This document shows, piece after piece, positions 36,532 through 49,542 of a stretch of 64,000 nucleotides of DNA. Source of the stretch: Octopus sinensis (Eukaryota). The stretch covers positions 1 through 64,000 of the forward strand of contig NW_021831286.1 of the NCBI RefSeq assembly GCF_006345805.1, read 5' to 3'. The position numbers and the translations under genes were made by a program. The notes under the pieces are model-generated. The model worked only from the letters and a program-made list of their open reading frames with translations, was not told where the DNA came from and did no database searches. The first letter of the stretch is position 1; each line of letters opens with the position of its first letter.

Positions 36532-37358
36532 TTACGGGTAAACATCCTTAAAAGTAAACAAAATCGTTTTTGAAGGAGAATGAGTACTCCCCAGACTAAA
36601 AGAAGGTGCCCGAGGCTTGTGTGCGACCACGAATTCCGGACGATAGTTGAGAGGAGAGGGGGTTGTAGTCGTGTTCATGGGTGATCGAGTCCTTTTCTGT
36701 ATTGAAAATTTCGGAGCTTGTTTTTTCACAATATTTTGATCAAATGAAGGGTATGTCCCAGGACCCGGACTTGAACTCTGATTAGTACGGAGAGGCGTCT
36801 TGAGTCCAAAAACATAAGAAGGTCTTTTTTCAAGAGTGGGATGCTGTGCTCCAATATCCCGGACAGGCCTATACTGATTCGGTGCAGGATTAGCGGAAGT
36901 TGAGATTCTCGTTGGCCTGAGCCCGAAGGAGAAAGAAGGCGGAATTCTATTCCGTGCACTGAGACGGCCTGAAGTGTTATATTCCTGGGGACTGGGTGTG
37001 TTTTCAATTCCTTAAAACATAGTTACTTGAATTAAAACTATTTCCCTTTAATTGGCCCTTTAGGGAGGGAGAAAGTGAACACACTTTTCCGAATCGATTG
37101 ACCGAGGGGTCCAGATTGTAGAATTCGGTGATACATTGAGTATTACCTCAAGTTGTACGACCAATACTACCTGATCTCAGTGTCCTGCCTGTCATTGTGT
37201 AGGCTGGCTTACGCACTCGGGTAAAGTCGTGGTTGTAGTACCCAATGGTCGAAGGGAGCAGATATAAACCTTCAGGGCTCACATTTATATTATTTACTTT
37301 TGTTGTTTTGATTTTTTATAGATTTATTGGGCAATTTCATTTGTGACTTTTCTTTCAT
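36532..37358 (-). CDS. ODF3: ODF3/SHIPPO-repeat ciliary microtubule-associated protein
   Basis: LYLLPSTIGYYNHDFTRVRKPAYTM and SSSPGPGTY....VKKQAPKFSI....TPSP.NYRPE..AHKPRAPSFSLG match ODF3 repeats; several micro-introns; start approximate. Confidence 0.8.
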
Positions 37359-37535
37359 TCGCAAAATAGTTTCGTAGTTACAATATTTGTTACAAATCTT
37401 GGTAAATCAAATTATTGTAAAATCTACTAATTAATTAATTCATAAAATAATTTATCAATTTTTGTTTATCAATACTAATACGCTTAATTAAATGCAATTA
37501 TAACAAATTTGTCTACGCACATTAGCAACTGAAAC

Positions 37536-38742
37536 ATGGATGGCAAGACGAGGGATTTCTAGAGAAATTGGCGACAGGACACGCAGAGACGGTGGCAGGG
37601 CTTATCTCAGACCGGCCCGGACTGGTAAATCTTAGGAACAAGGTACCCCAGCTCTTCATATTTCCAGGACGGAATTTCCGCTCTTCACCTTGCAGTCCAT
37701 AAAGGAAATGAAAAAATAGCCAGTTTACTCATTAAAAAAGGTGCCAATGTGGATTATGCAAATGAAACCGACGGGTACACGCCTTTAATGTTCGCTGCAG
37801 TGTCTGGTCTGACCTGGATTTATTTTTAGGGAACATGGAATGTGTGGAACTGCTGCTGGAAAACAATGCAGACCCCAAAAAGACGAATAAAATAGGAAAG
37901 ACTGCATCAATGTTGGCCCAGTTTTGTGGTAGTGGTTACTGCCGACTGACTTTCAGGAAATAACGAAATATCACGACAAATTAGGAACTACTTTCCAATC
38001 TCAGATCTCAACTGCTTTATTACGATAGAGGGTTGACCAAGTCTGTCAGTCCCCTTAGGTCCTGCCAAAATTGCCTCTAAATCGATAAAACCCCTCCACT
38101 CACTCCTTCGAGTCACCAACTACAACCCATTTGGGTAAATACAATATTTTATCGAGATAACAAAAAAAGTGAATGAATTGTTTGAAACAAGCGAATTGGA
38201 GTGCATTGAGCAAGTTATGTTAAAATTGTGCCACCGAGAACACCACAAACACGAGCAAGCTAACGACGCATTCAGTCTGAAATGCTTCTACATTGAACTC
38301 ATAGTCCAACGAATCAGGACTCAAACACCTCAAAAATGGCTCAAATGGTTTCGCTCACAGTCAGTCACGTGCTTAGGCTCCTCAGTAAAGAACAAATTGT
38401 CGACTGCACATTCGTCTGGAATAATTTAGAAAGTTTTATAAGGAGTTTGCCTCGGCTCTACATTCTACCATCGACTACAGCACTCTCACTCCTCCAGGTA
38501 CAGCTCAGGTCGACGAATGTGAGACGTGTCGCTGATTATTGTAGAAAAGTGCGTTGGAATGCCTTATTAATTCACTGGACGGTCAGAGTTGGAACACTGT
38601 AAGGTCATGTATGGTCTGCGATGAGGCAAACGGGCGGAGGAAAATGTGCAAATGTCGATTAGTGTTCTACTGTTCAGAAGAATGCCAGAAACTGCATTGG
38701 TTTCAGCACAGGAAACATTGCACTCAGCTGGCAAATAACTGA
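37536..38742 (+). CDS. ANKMY2: Ankyrin repeat and MYND domain protein 2
   Basis: DGISALHLAVHKG..IASLLIKKGANVD...DGYTPLMFAAVSG, IGKTASMLAQFCG, NYFP, C-terminal MYND finger CMVC...CKC..VFYCSEECQKLHWFQHRKHC; micro-introns; start codon frame uncertain. Confidence 0.88.
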
Positions 38743-38806
38743 TTTTGTGTTCGCCATTTAATAACAGCTTTATATTATAAAACAAACAATGTACATACAA
38801 AATATA

Positions 38807-39665
38807 TTACTTTAACACCGACACAAAATTGCCGGGAAAAAACCCTCTACTGGACTTGACAGACCCAAACCACCAATTGTCATCATTTTTGAAGAGAACA
38901 CAAATAACGTCGCCCTTCCTGAGACTCAACTCGTCCTCCCTCAAGGCCTCATAATCATAGTCAGCCACGACTAGAGAGTGAAATAATAACATCAACCGAT
39001 TTCAACGTGCTTTTGATCATCTATACCCGACACTGACATCTTATCATAAAAACTCTACAAAATAGAGGAAAATGAAAACATGATCAGTGGGTGAGTAGGT
39101 GGTCTTCCTCCCACAAAAAGTACTCCGAATGGTGTCGGGGGTGAAACTGCTGGTGGAGGACGGCACACGTGTGAGACTTGAGTTCTTAAAAAAAGAATTC
39201 TCTTGCAACAAATTGAGAGGGTTGTGAATGTACGGGCGAGTAGGAGGGACTGGGATTGGATTGGGGATGTGTTCTTTAAACGAGGTGGACACACCCAATA
39301 GACTGTCTTTTGGCATGTGTGAATCTTTATTGCACTTCAAGGTCAATTTCTGTTGTCTTAAGAAATGAATACTTTGAGCAGTTGGTCAGTGTCTTTTTCG
39401 AGCAGGGATACTGCAAATTCCTGAGATTGAAGTTTGTGACTGATTTGTTGGTAGGAATGGTTTATTGAGTCGGTCAGATCATAAAGTCCGTTTATGACTG
39501 CGTTTTTTGCAGAGGAAACGATGGCTCGAGATGAATTCTACGTTAAATCAATGAGGGGTCTACAAATTCCAACTCGGATGAGAATCCATCTGCCACTGAT
39601 CGAAGTGTTTCGGAATTTTTTAGGAAAAAATTTGAAAGTTCAAGTTCGTCTGATTTCTGAGACAT
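38807..39665 (-). CDS. ABI1: Abl-interactor (Abi)-like protein: N-terminal helical domain, proline-rich segment, C-terminal SH3
   Basis: NSETLRSVADGF..|..KNAVINGLYDLTDSIN....L.SQ..AV..LE aligns with the Abi N-terminus; PIPVPPTRP; ADYDYEALREDELSLRKGD...DNWW.G....GFFPGNFV. Confidence 0.72.
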
Positions 39666-39816
39666 GCGAGAATTATAGTTCAAAACACAACAAGAATCGT
39701 TATCAAATTATCCGCAACAAAACAAACTATACAATAAAATTAACTCAGATTAAACAATAATTTTAGTTATAACATTATCAAAGTTAAAATTATAATCTTA
39801 AATTATTTCATATATA

Positions 39817-41022
39817 CAGTCCGACCCCCAAATGGGGCACCAAGTGCCCCAAAATGCGGGGGTGCCCCAAAAACAGGGGTTTGTTATTTTTTTAAAAATT
39901 AAACCATTAATAAACATCAAAAAACATTTTTACTAAAATATTCAGTTATTTTCTTTTTATTTGTAGAGTTTTGTCTGATATTGTTCGTCAATTTCAGCCG
40001 AAAATCAAAAAAATCTCGGAGCATACTTGGTGCAACATTAGAAATTTTTTCTTCTAAATTGTTAAGCAGATCTTTTGTTTTTGCTACGACATTTTCACTA
40101 TTTTCGGTTTCTGAATATGTATCATAAACATTATTGTTCATGTCTTCGCATTCTCCATCAATTGTTTTGTTAACAACTTGATCTAAATGTTCATCTGTTA
40201 GACAGTTCTTTCTTTCCCTTGTTTATAACCAAAACACGGTTCGCCTTGTTCAACAAATGATTTTTGAGGAGTTCTTTTTATAAAAAGCGCAGTTTCATCA
40301 CAATTAAATATATTCTCAGGTCCATATTTTAATACTTTCTGGTCATATTTTTCAAAATAATTTTTCACATAAGATAAATCACATGAAGCTTTTTCACCAC
40401 ATATTGACTTGAATTGAAGTTCATGCCGCAATTTAAATCTATCAAGCCACCCATTGGAAGCTTTAAAAGAAGTAAATCCAATTTTTGAAGCTGTAACTAA
40501 GGCAATTTTTTTCAAAATAGGGCCTGAAATCGGAATTTTATCTACGCGTAGTCTTTGAAATATTTCAAAGACTTGATCATCAAATTTATCTTTATCGGCT
40601 TTAAATGTGTCATATTCCTCAGAAATAGTATTGCCGTGTTGCAAGAAAGGTACAATATTTCGTTTTATTCTTGATATTGTTCCTTTACTTGTGTTGTACT
40701 TTTTCATTAGTTGCCTCTCAGATAAATTTTTCTTCAAAATTTCTTTAGCAATCTTCAATTTAGTTTCGTAATCCATAACCACAACAATAAAAATATAAAT
40801 TGAAAATAAAACAAAAAATAATTAATTTATTATAATTTTATTTTATTTTTAATTCCTTATAAATGATTTTATGGTGCCCCAAAAATTCCATAATTTTTTA
40901 TCGATTTTTACTTTTTTTCTGCCAAAATGTACTTTTGGAATAAAGTGCCCCAAATTGCGGGGGTGCCCCAAAATCCGAGGGTGCCCCACCCCTGGGGTCT
41001 GCCCCATTTTGGGGTCGGACTG
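39817..41022 (-). mobile_element. pogo/Tigger deletion derivative with TIRs and TA TSD
   Basis: 23-bp TIRs CAGTCCGACCCC(C/A)AAATGGGGCA with one mismatch, flanked by TA. ORF 40198-40782 (HTH + IFNCDETAL) is fused directly to the C-terminal tail; GTGCCCCAAA subterminal repeats. Confidence 0.92.
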
Positions 41023-41471
41023 TATTTTTCTTTGCCAGACTCAGTCATTTTGTAGAGTTAGTTAAAACCTCTTTTCCGTAGTCCTTGAAGGGTTTCGTAT
41101 GAGCCATGCTTAGAGTCATCCTCCCCGCCATCTTGTTTCTGGCCCTCATTCAAACATCATTCGGATCTTCCGCCGTCACCAGTTTACCGCCGATTGTTGC
41201 GTAATCTTTTCAAAGTATGATGTAAGCATGTTCCTTGGCCGCCCTCGATACTCGTGACTTCCGAAGTGGAATTATTAAACTATTATATTGTTACGTAGCG
41301 TAATAAGGGTCTATCTAAGATTATGCCTAAATAGTTGTCATCTCAATGAAATAACGTCCATGCTGATTGATTCGTCCATCCATCTAGAACAGGGGTGCGC
41401 AAGTGCGGCCGCGAGTCGATGAATGTGCGGCCGTGGGCACAATTAGGTCATCGAGCAACTAATCTTAAATA

Positions 41472-42608
41472 CAGTGAAACCTCTCGAATCCGCTGCTTCT
41501 CGAATCCGCTTGTTTTAATCAAAAATTTGAAATTTCCTATGAATGATTCTTGAATCCGCTTGTTTCTCGAATCCGCTCCTCAAGTATTATGAAAAATAAT
41601 TTTTTTATCTAATTGTAAGTTAAATTAATTAACATTTTAAAATTCTTATTACACGTTAAATTGTATTTTTGTGATGCGTCGCTGTGTTAGACTTTCTATC
41701 AACGAAAAAATTTCTATACTACGTTGTATTTCTGACAACCCATTCGTTTCTGCACCTCAAATTTCCAAGATTTTTTCTTCACGGTTAAAAAAGAAAATTT
41801 CTCCGAAAACTATAAACGACCTTAAATCAAAATCGGACCTTTTGAATAGGACTGACATAAAAAAATTAAACATAATGAGAATTCCAAAACTCAAATTTAA
41901 TGAAATTGATGTAGCGATGATAACATGGATTAACTTAATGGAATCTAGTGGAGCAATTCTATCAGATTCAATGTTAATTGCAAAAGCTCTTAAGTTTGGA
42001 AAAAATTTTCCAGAATTTAAAGCAAGTCGTGGGTGGCTAGAAAAGTTTAAATTACGAAATGGTATCAAGTTAAGAAAATTTCACGGAGACAGTGGATCAG
42101 TAAATCATGATGAAAAATCTATTACTGATTTAATGAAACAATGAGTTTAAAAATTGAACAATATGGATTTGACAATGTTTATAATGCAGATGAAACTGGT
42201 GTTTTTTACAAGGCGATTCCTTCCAAAAGTGTGTGCACCAAATCACGGCCTGGAATAAAGTTGTAGAAGGATCGATTTTCGTTACTATTATGCGCAAATT
42301 GTTCTGGTTCGATAAAAGAAGGCCTGTGATGATAGGAAGATTCAAAAGTCCAAGGTGTTTTAAAAATTTCAACATTGGAAAATATGTTACCTACATCCAT
42401 TCAATAAGGCATGGATGAACCGTGAAATTTTTAACAAGTGGCTCAGTGATTTTGATTGTGAACTTGCAAAGAAAAAAGAAAAAAATCTACTTGTAATAGA
42501 TCAATGTCCATCTCATCAAATTTTAAATTGCCTCTCGAATCCGCCGATTTCTCGAATCCGCCGATTTTGGGACCGACCAAAAAATCGGCGGATTCGAGAG
42601 GTTTACTG
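41472..42608 (+). mobile_element. pogo/Tigger deletion derivative
   Basis: TIRs CAGT(G)AAACCTCTCGAATCCGC with TA flanks; HTH domains, VYNADETG, AWMN; C-terminal DDE part missing; CTCGAATCCGC subterminal repeats. Confidence 0.92.
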
Positions 42609-42722
42609 TATAATGCTCATAGTGTTAATTAATCAAGAAAAACCCTAAATAATAATTGTTACAGTAAATAGAGATACCAGGAAATACGATCCGAAGTAAA
42701 ATAATTATAAAATTTTATATTG

Positions 42723-45700
42723 GTTTTAAGCTCATTCTTCTTGGCATCGATTTTAATTTTTGTTATCGAATATATTTAATCCAAATCAAGCCTTGGTATT
42801 TGTAAATTTATAGATTTTTGATTGATTTTCATCTAGAAATTGGATGTGGGAATCTTGTAAAGAGCCTTACTGGTGTGCTGTGGTGTGATTAACGGAAACC
42901 TCAGATGGTAAATAAAGAACGAAGCGAAGACGAAGCACGAGGAACAAAGCCACTGAGGACAACTCGGGCATGTCTCTTTTGTGGGCAGTCGAATATCAGG
43001 AAATTTGGAATTAACTGCACGCCATGTGAATCATTCGCCCATTTGGGCTGCATAAAAATGAGCAAAGCCTGCGCCGAGACGCTGTCAAGCTGGCAGTGCC
43101 CCCCTGTATTGGAAACGAGGTCCCCAGGCGGGAACACAGCCCCCAGCCAAACTTTACATCACCACATACTGACCACATTCTCTTGAAGATCTCGAACCTC
43201 CGGAAAGCCAGGAAAATCCCAGTAAAAATCCCAAAAGGAGCACGTATTGCCGCAGCAACGTGCCTCTCAGACCTCATTGACAACGCACTGTCCTCTGACA
43301 GCTGGGAATCCTGGCTAAAACTTATATGCTTCGCACCTGTTGCACTCGGAACACCTACAACGGAATCTGATAACCAGAGTAAAGAAACAAACCCCCGGCT
43401 AAACTTAACCGGAAACTGAAAGGAAGAATATTGAATTACGGCAGTCATAGCATACACGCAATACTTGAACAGCCACTTATTGCCAATGCGGTCAAAACCA
43501 GAGGAGCATTCACCAAAGATGCCCCCAACAAACTGAAGGAGCGAGTGAATCGGAAACTTCTGGAGGGCGATGTGCGGGCAGCCCTACGGGTTATCACGTC
43601 CGATGACACCGTGCTGTCTAGCACCCCCGAGGTCCTGAATACCTTAATTCAGAAGCACCCAAGTGCACCGAGTGATTATGTAAAGTTCTCGAATCCTGAA
43701 GGAACCCAAGAGATTATGATTACCGAATCAGAAGTGCGGCGCGGAATCGCTTCCTTTGCCGCTAGCAGCAGCGGAGGCTTGGATGGGTTACGCCCCGGCC
43801 ATATCAAGGACCTAACGTCCACCTACACCTCGGAAGCAGGACGCTGTCTTGTTAAATCGATCACGGACCTAATAAGGAAAATGGTGAATGGCGACATCCC
43901 GGAGTATGCCAGAGAATTGCTCTTCTCCGCAAGGCTACTCGCGTTCAAAAAACCCAACGGAGGAATCCGCCCCATTGCGGTCGGAAACTATTTCAGAAGA
44001 CTCGCAGCGAAGATTGCTTCGACCCTCGTGAGCCGCCCACTCGGTGCGGAGTTCTTCCCAGAACAAATGGGTGTTAGTATCCAGAACGGATGTGAGGCAG
44101 CGGTTCATGCGGCAAGGCGTTTCTTCACACAGAAGAATACTGCAAACGAATGCATTGGAATCAAATTGGACATAACCAATGCATTCAATTCTCTCAGAAG
44201 AGACTCCATTATGGAAACGTGTTGGAAGAGGGCTCCCATGCTTTTCCCTCTTGTTAAATTGTCATACGGAGAAGATACGTCTCTGGTTTTTGATGATGAA
44301 ATCATCAAATCAAAAACTGGTGTCCAGCAGGGAGATCCCCTCTTATTTGCCCTGACAATTGATGATGTTGTGAGATCAATTGACGCACAACTAAATCTCT
44401 GGTATCTCGACGATGCCACAATTGGAGGATCATTCGAGGAAACATACAATTCTTTACGTCAAGCACTTCCCGCATTAAAACACTTGGGATTGGACATCAA
44501 TATTAACAAATCAGAGTTAATAAATGTCTCATACTCAAACACCGACTTTCTCTCTATCAAGGAGTTTTTCAACGAACTGCTTCCTGGGACCCCGACTGTG
44601 CTAGTTGATAAATTATATTTCCTCGGATGTCCACTTAGCAAAGAAGAACTCAAGAACCATCTGAAGAATTATCACGCCTCGCAATAAGATTGCCATGTCT
44701 CGACTCAAACACATCCTGCTTCCTGATGACAAACAAAACTGGACTACCCAAACTTTTATACTTACTCCGATGTTTACTCTGTTAAAGTCTAATTTTGATA
44801 GGCAAATCCCTCAAACAAACTGTTGAGTCACTAATCAAGGTCCGACGAACTTGGTCGGAAGTAATGTAAGCTTTCCTCTGGGTTTGGGAGTGTCGGTCAA
44901 GATCGGCGCTGGAGGTCGCGTACCCGGCATATCTTTCGTCTCTCTCAAGCTGCAACCATTTGACACGGCAAGTCCTTCGTCACACTATTGGACTTCGCTG
45001 GAATGAGTCATTTGATGAAGCTTGCCGGGATTGGAACGGGTCAGGACTCAAAATCCCCGAAGACACAACGAAACAAAGGAACTGGGATAACATTGTCTGC
45101 TCCAAAATTTCAGAAGGGCTTAAAAAAGAAGCAAATCAACATCGCCTTGCTTGCCTGGTGTCAGCCTCAAGTGGAGGGAGCGGAGCATGGCTTGGTGCAA
45201 TCCCTTGCCCAAATCTCGGGACTTTTTTGGACGACGATTCTTTGAGGATTGGAATCGGACAAAGACTTGGACTAGACGTTTGCCAGGAGCACCGATGCCG
45301 CTGCGGGAAAACGGTCGATGCGAAGGGATTGCACCCGCTATCCTGCAGGAGATCCGCCGGAAGAGGACCACGTCACGCCGCTCTGAACGACGTGATCGTC
45401 AGAGCTCTGAAGGCTGCAGGCTTCCCAGCACAGCTTGAACCAGTGGGTCTCGATCGAGGTGATGGAAAGAGACCTGACGGGATGACTCTTTTCCTTTCAA
45501 CTCCGGACGATCTTTGGTCTGGGACGCAACTTGCGTCGATACTTACTCAAGCACGAATCTCCTTAAATCGGTTCAGACACCTGGAGCAGCTGCCTCAATC
45601 GCGGAAAACCTTAAAACCAAAAAATATTCCTTCCTCGGGGACCGCTACAGATTCACCCCTGTTGCGGCTGAGTCATCAGGCTGTTGGCCCAGCGACTGCC

Positions 45701-45899
45701 GAGTTCTTGCGCGAACTCGGAAGAATGCTCGCCACAAAGAAAAATGATCCTCGTGAAGGAGTATGGCTAAGACAAAGGATCGGAATAGCCATACTCCGAG
45801 GGAACTCGCTTTCCATACAGGCAGCGGGCTTCCTCAATTGATTTCTCAAATCAATCTCTTCTCTGAATTATTAACTGACATTATTAATAATGAAATATT

Positions 45900-45931
<32 letters not shown>
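42723..45931 (+). mobile_element. Near full-length CRE-like retrotransposon: PHD finger, RT, CCHC, RLE, poly-A
   Basis: TSD (AAAA)TTTTATATTG at 42709-42722 and 45928-45941; A28 at 45904-45931; KIPKGARIAAA, GGIRPIAVG, LDITNAFNS, GVQQGDP, WYLDD, CRCG..HPLSC, GDGKRPDG; disrupted at 44690-44960. Confidence 0.93.
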
Positions 45932-45936
<5 letters not shown>

Positions 45937-47669
45937 TATTGTCCAAATAGAGAAATCTATAAAGACAAATAATGTGCAGGACGATTTTTTCGTTAATTTG
46001 ATAATTTTATAAATTAATAAATAGCTTACTACAAAATCTGCTTTAAAATCGTACAGGAATAATGAAAATATTTGCTTAAGAATAGATTCGTTTATTTGTT
46101 TTTGAATTGTTTAATTTTTTTAAATGTTTAAATGACGCTTTTTGTTAACAATTTAGTCAATTTCGCGTTTAAATCTTTATGGAGTGTATTTTAGTTTCGA
46201 TTTCATTTTATTTAAACAAAAATGAAAATATGGAAAAGTAATTCAAATTCTTTTTTTTTTGAAATAGCAAATAGTTGTCTATTTTCGATTGCAATCATAA
46301 AAGAACAAAAATTTAAGATATAAAGAAGTTTATTCCGAAACAAAATTTTTATAGTTTTCCAACGATAGCTAGTCTATTAATATCGATCTCGTAAGGGGCC
46401 TCATGATTGATCAACATATTCGTCGAACTAATTTGGACCCTGTCGTGCTGTAAAATCCCAACGACAGTATATTCAGTACAATCCAAATGTTCGTGGAATG
46501 GTCGACGGCGTGTTGTTGTATTCGTATCTGTGTCGGTGTGGATGACCACTTTCGTCCCCAGAGGAAAGTCAAGGATATCATTCCTCCAATTAGATCGTCT
46601 CCTCATGGATTCAGCAGCACTATTAGTATTCCTCCTCGCAATATCTCGTAAATCTTCGGCTGCTGCAGAAGCTACTACAAGTCGATCCATCTCGTTGTCG
46701 TTTGTTTCCACATCAAGTCCATGTAGTTCTTGTTGAATTTGCTCGGTTCTTGGCTCTTCATTGTAGTCAAGTTGATTGATGGAATCAATATATTCAATGA
46801 GTGCCTGAGTATGACCTCGAGCCATTTGTTCTCTAATCCGTGGGCCATACATCAAATGAACAGGAGAAAAGCGCGTTGTAGAGTGTATCCTTGTATTATA
46901 TGCGTATGTTATATTTTCGAGGATATCAATCCAACGAAATCCATTCCCGTTGGTTAATAACGTCGAACTGAGCATCCATTTGAGTGTCTGATTAAGTCGT
47001 TCCACTTGACCCTGTATCCAGGACATCGGGCCCTCCCCCTGACATGGCGAATTCCAAATTCTTCGCACAACTGCGTCATCCGCGAGTTGCAGAATTCAAG
47101 TCCATTGTCGGTATGTATTATGAATACTTCCCCCAAAGAAAGAACAACACTTCGTATCCTCGGTATCACATCAGCCGAGTTCTTTGATTTCAGTGCTGAA
47201 GTCCAACAGTATTTCGTAAACGAGTCCATTATCACCAGCAACCATTTTTCGCCACTATTTTGATCGCTGTAATATCTTAGGTCCACAAGATCGATAATCA
47301 GCCTTTCTCGTGAAAACTTGGCAATTATTGGAGTAATTTGTCTCCTGGTTGCGAGCGTACGACGAGCTATGCAAGTTGTACATGCACTTAGAACATGATT
47401 CACATGTTCTATGCTAATTCCATATGCCAAGTTCTTCATATGATTGAATAATTTATCTCGACCTGGATGCCCCGTATCCAGGTGACACAACCGGACATAA
47501 TCATAAAGTTGTTCTTGTTCTTCAACAGTAAAAAATCGGACAAAATGATCAACTCCACGTTTAAACATAAGATTCGGCGGAAAGTGAATAAACTTACTCG
47601 CCCGGAGCCTGAAGGAACGAATTTCATTGGCGGTACTGAGTGTTGACGGTAAATTCGCATTGACTAGAT

Positions 47670-49542
47670 CAGGGGTCACCAAACTTTTTGCACTCGCGGG
47701 CCGGATTGACCCCAACACAATGAACGGGCGCCGGAGCACGTGCATAGGATTATAATTTTACTAGAAATTCATAAGTGTGTTTTTTACAATAAAAACTAAT
47801 TTAAACAAAAATAAAGTAAACAAAAATTTTAATGAGAGCTATGGAACTGTGATCTTTTTTTGATAAGTTCATCAATATTTGTTTTAAATGCTGCATCCTA
47901 TCATGAGAATTGATTTTAAGTGTCCGTCAGTCAATCTTGCACGATGGGCAGACTTAACATATTTCATCCTCGAAAACGTTTGCTCACATTGGTAAGTTGT
48001 GCCAATATAGAAATCATCTTTATCGCAAAATTCTTTAGTCTCGGAAACTCATCATCCTTGAGATATTCGTAGAACTCAGCGAGTTTGGTCCGTCTGTGAC
48101 AATCTTTGAGCTGTTCATTTGATTGTAAGTCAATAACTTCTAATTGTAATTCATGTTGAACATTTTCAACATTACAAGAAAATGGATTTTCGAACAAAAT
48201 TATATCGCTTTCAATTTTGATAATTTTGATAGCCAAGCAAGATCTGATAATTCGGGATAATAGTTATTTTTACTGGTTAGAAAAATATCAATCTCACTTT
48301 GGAGTTTATAAAATCTATTTAATACATTACCACAGCTAAGCCATCTAACTGCAGTGTAATATGGTAAGTCAAAATATTCAGATCCAAAATCGTCAAGTAA
48401 AACTTTAAACTGACGGTGATTAAGTGAGCTCCCTCGAACAAAGTTTATTATGCGAATAACTGGATTCAACACACATGAAATATTAAGAGCCTTCGCACAT
48501 AGTGCGTGCTGATGAAGGATGCAATGAATGAACAAAGGTGTTTGAAATATGTAATTCCTCCAATTTATTAGTTATTTGCCCAACTAGACCCTTTTTAGAA
48601 CCAGCCATATTCTTTGCCCCGTCAATCGTAACACAACTCAGTTTCTCTCCATTCAAGGTTATAGTCACTTATAGTTTGTTCCAATTCATCAAAATATCTT
48701 TTCCAGTGGTTGTTCCATGAATAGAACAAACAGATGCCAGTTCTTCAGTTATGGAAATATTCTCATCAACTCCACGAATAAAAATAAGAAGTTGCGATGT
48801 TCCCGAAATATCAACTGACTCATCCAATGCAAGAGAATACCACAACATATTACTTGTCTTTTCACAAATTTGTAAATATATATTTTTTCCAGCTCTTCAT
48901 TTCTCCGTGATACAGAACTCGCCGACAAACTTATTCATCAAATAAGGAAGAATTTAGTGGGCACAACAATTAACTGCTTCAATAATGCAATTTTTGATAT
49001 ACATCCCATCACTAAAGGGTTTCCCGTGTTGTGAAATAATTTTCGTTATCTCGTATCCAGCTCTTGTTACATTTTCATTATTTTCAAATTTTTTTTTAAA
49101 GGCCTTGTTGAATTTGTAAAGTGCGTTTCAGTGATTCAACTTTATCCTCACGTAGCTTTCCAGTGTACTTGGAATATATCGGAGCATGATTCGTTTCATA
49201 ATGACGTCGAATGTTATACTCCTTCATACAGAGATATGTTCGTGGCATATTAAACAATAAGCTTTCTGCTTTAATTCATCTTTCGCAAAAAAATACTTCA
49301 ATTCCCATATTTATTGAATACACGGCATTCGCGGTCAACCTTTCTTTTCATATTAGACATAGCAACAAAGAAAAATTTAACGTTAATGCTGATAAGTTTT
49401 TTTTCGAATTAAATCTTGCAAAATAGTTTAATTTTTTAATTAAAGTTTTTATTTAAGTTAATATTAAGGTATTAATTGAATATCTCGAAATAGTGCGCGG
49501 GCCGGATAAAATGTTGTCGCGGGCCGTAGTTGGTGACGTCTG
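47670..49542 (-). mobile_element. hAT (GTF2IRD2/SPIN-like) element with disrupted transposase
   Basis: 8-bp TSD GACTAGAT at 47662-47669 and 49543-49550; imperfect TIRs CAGGGGTCACCAAACT / CAGACGTCACCAACT; SLALDESVD, TIDGAKNM, HCILHQHALC, VRWLSCG motifs. Confidence 0.92.
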
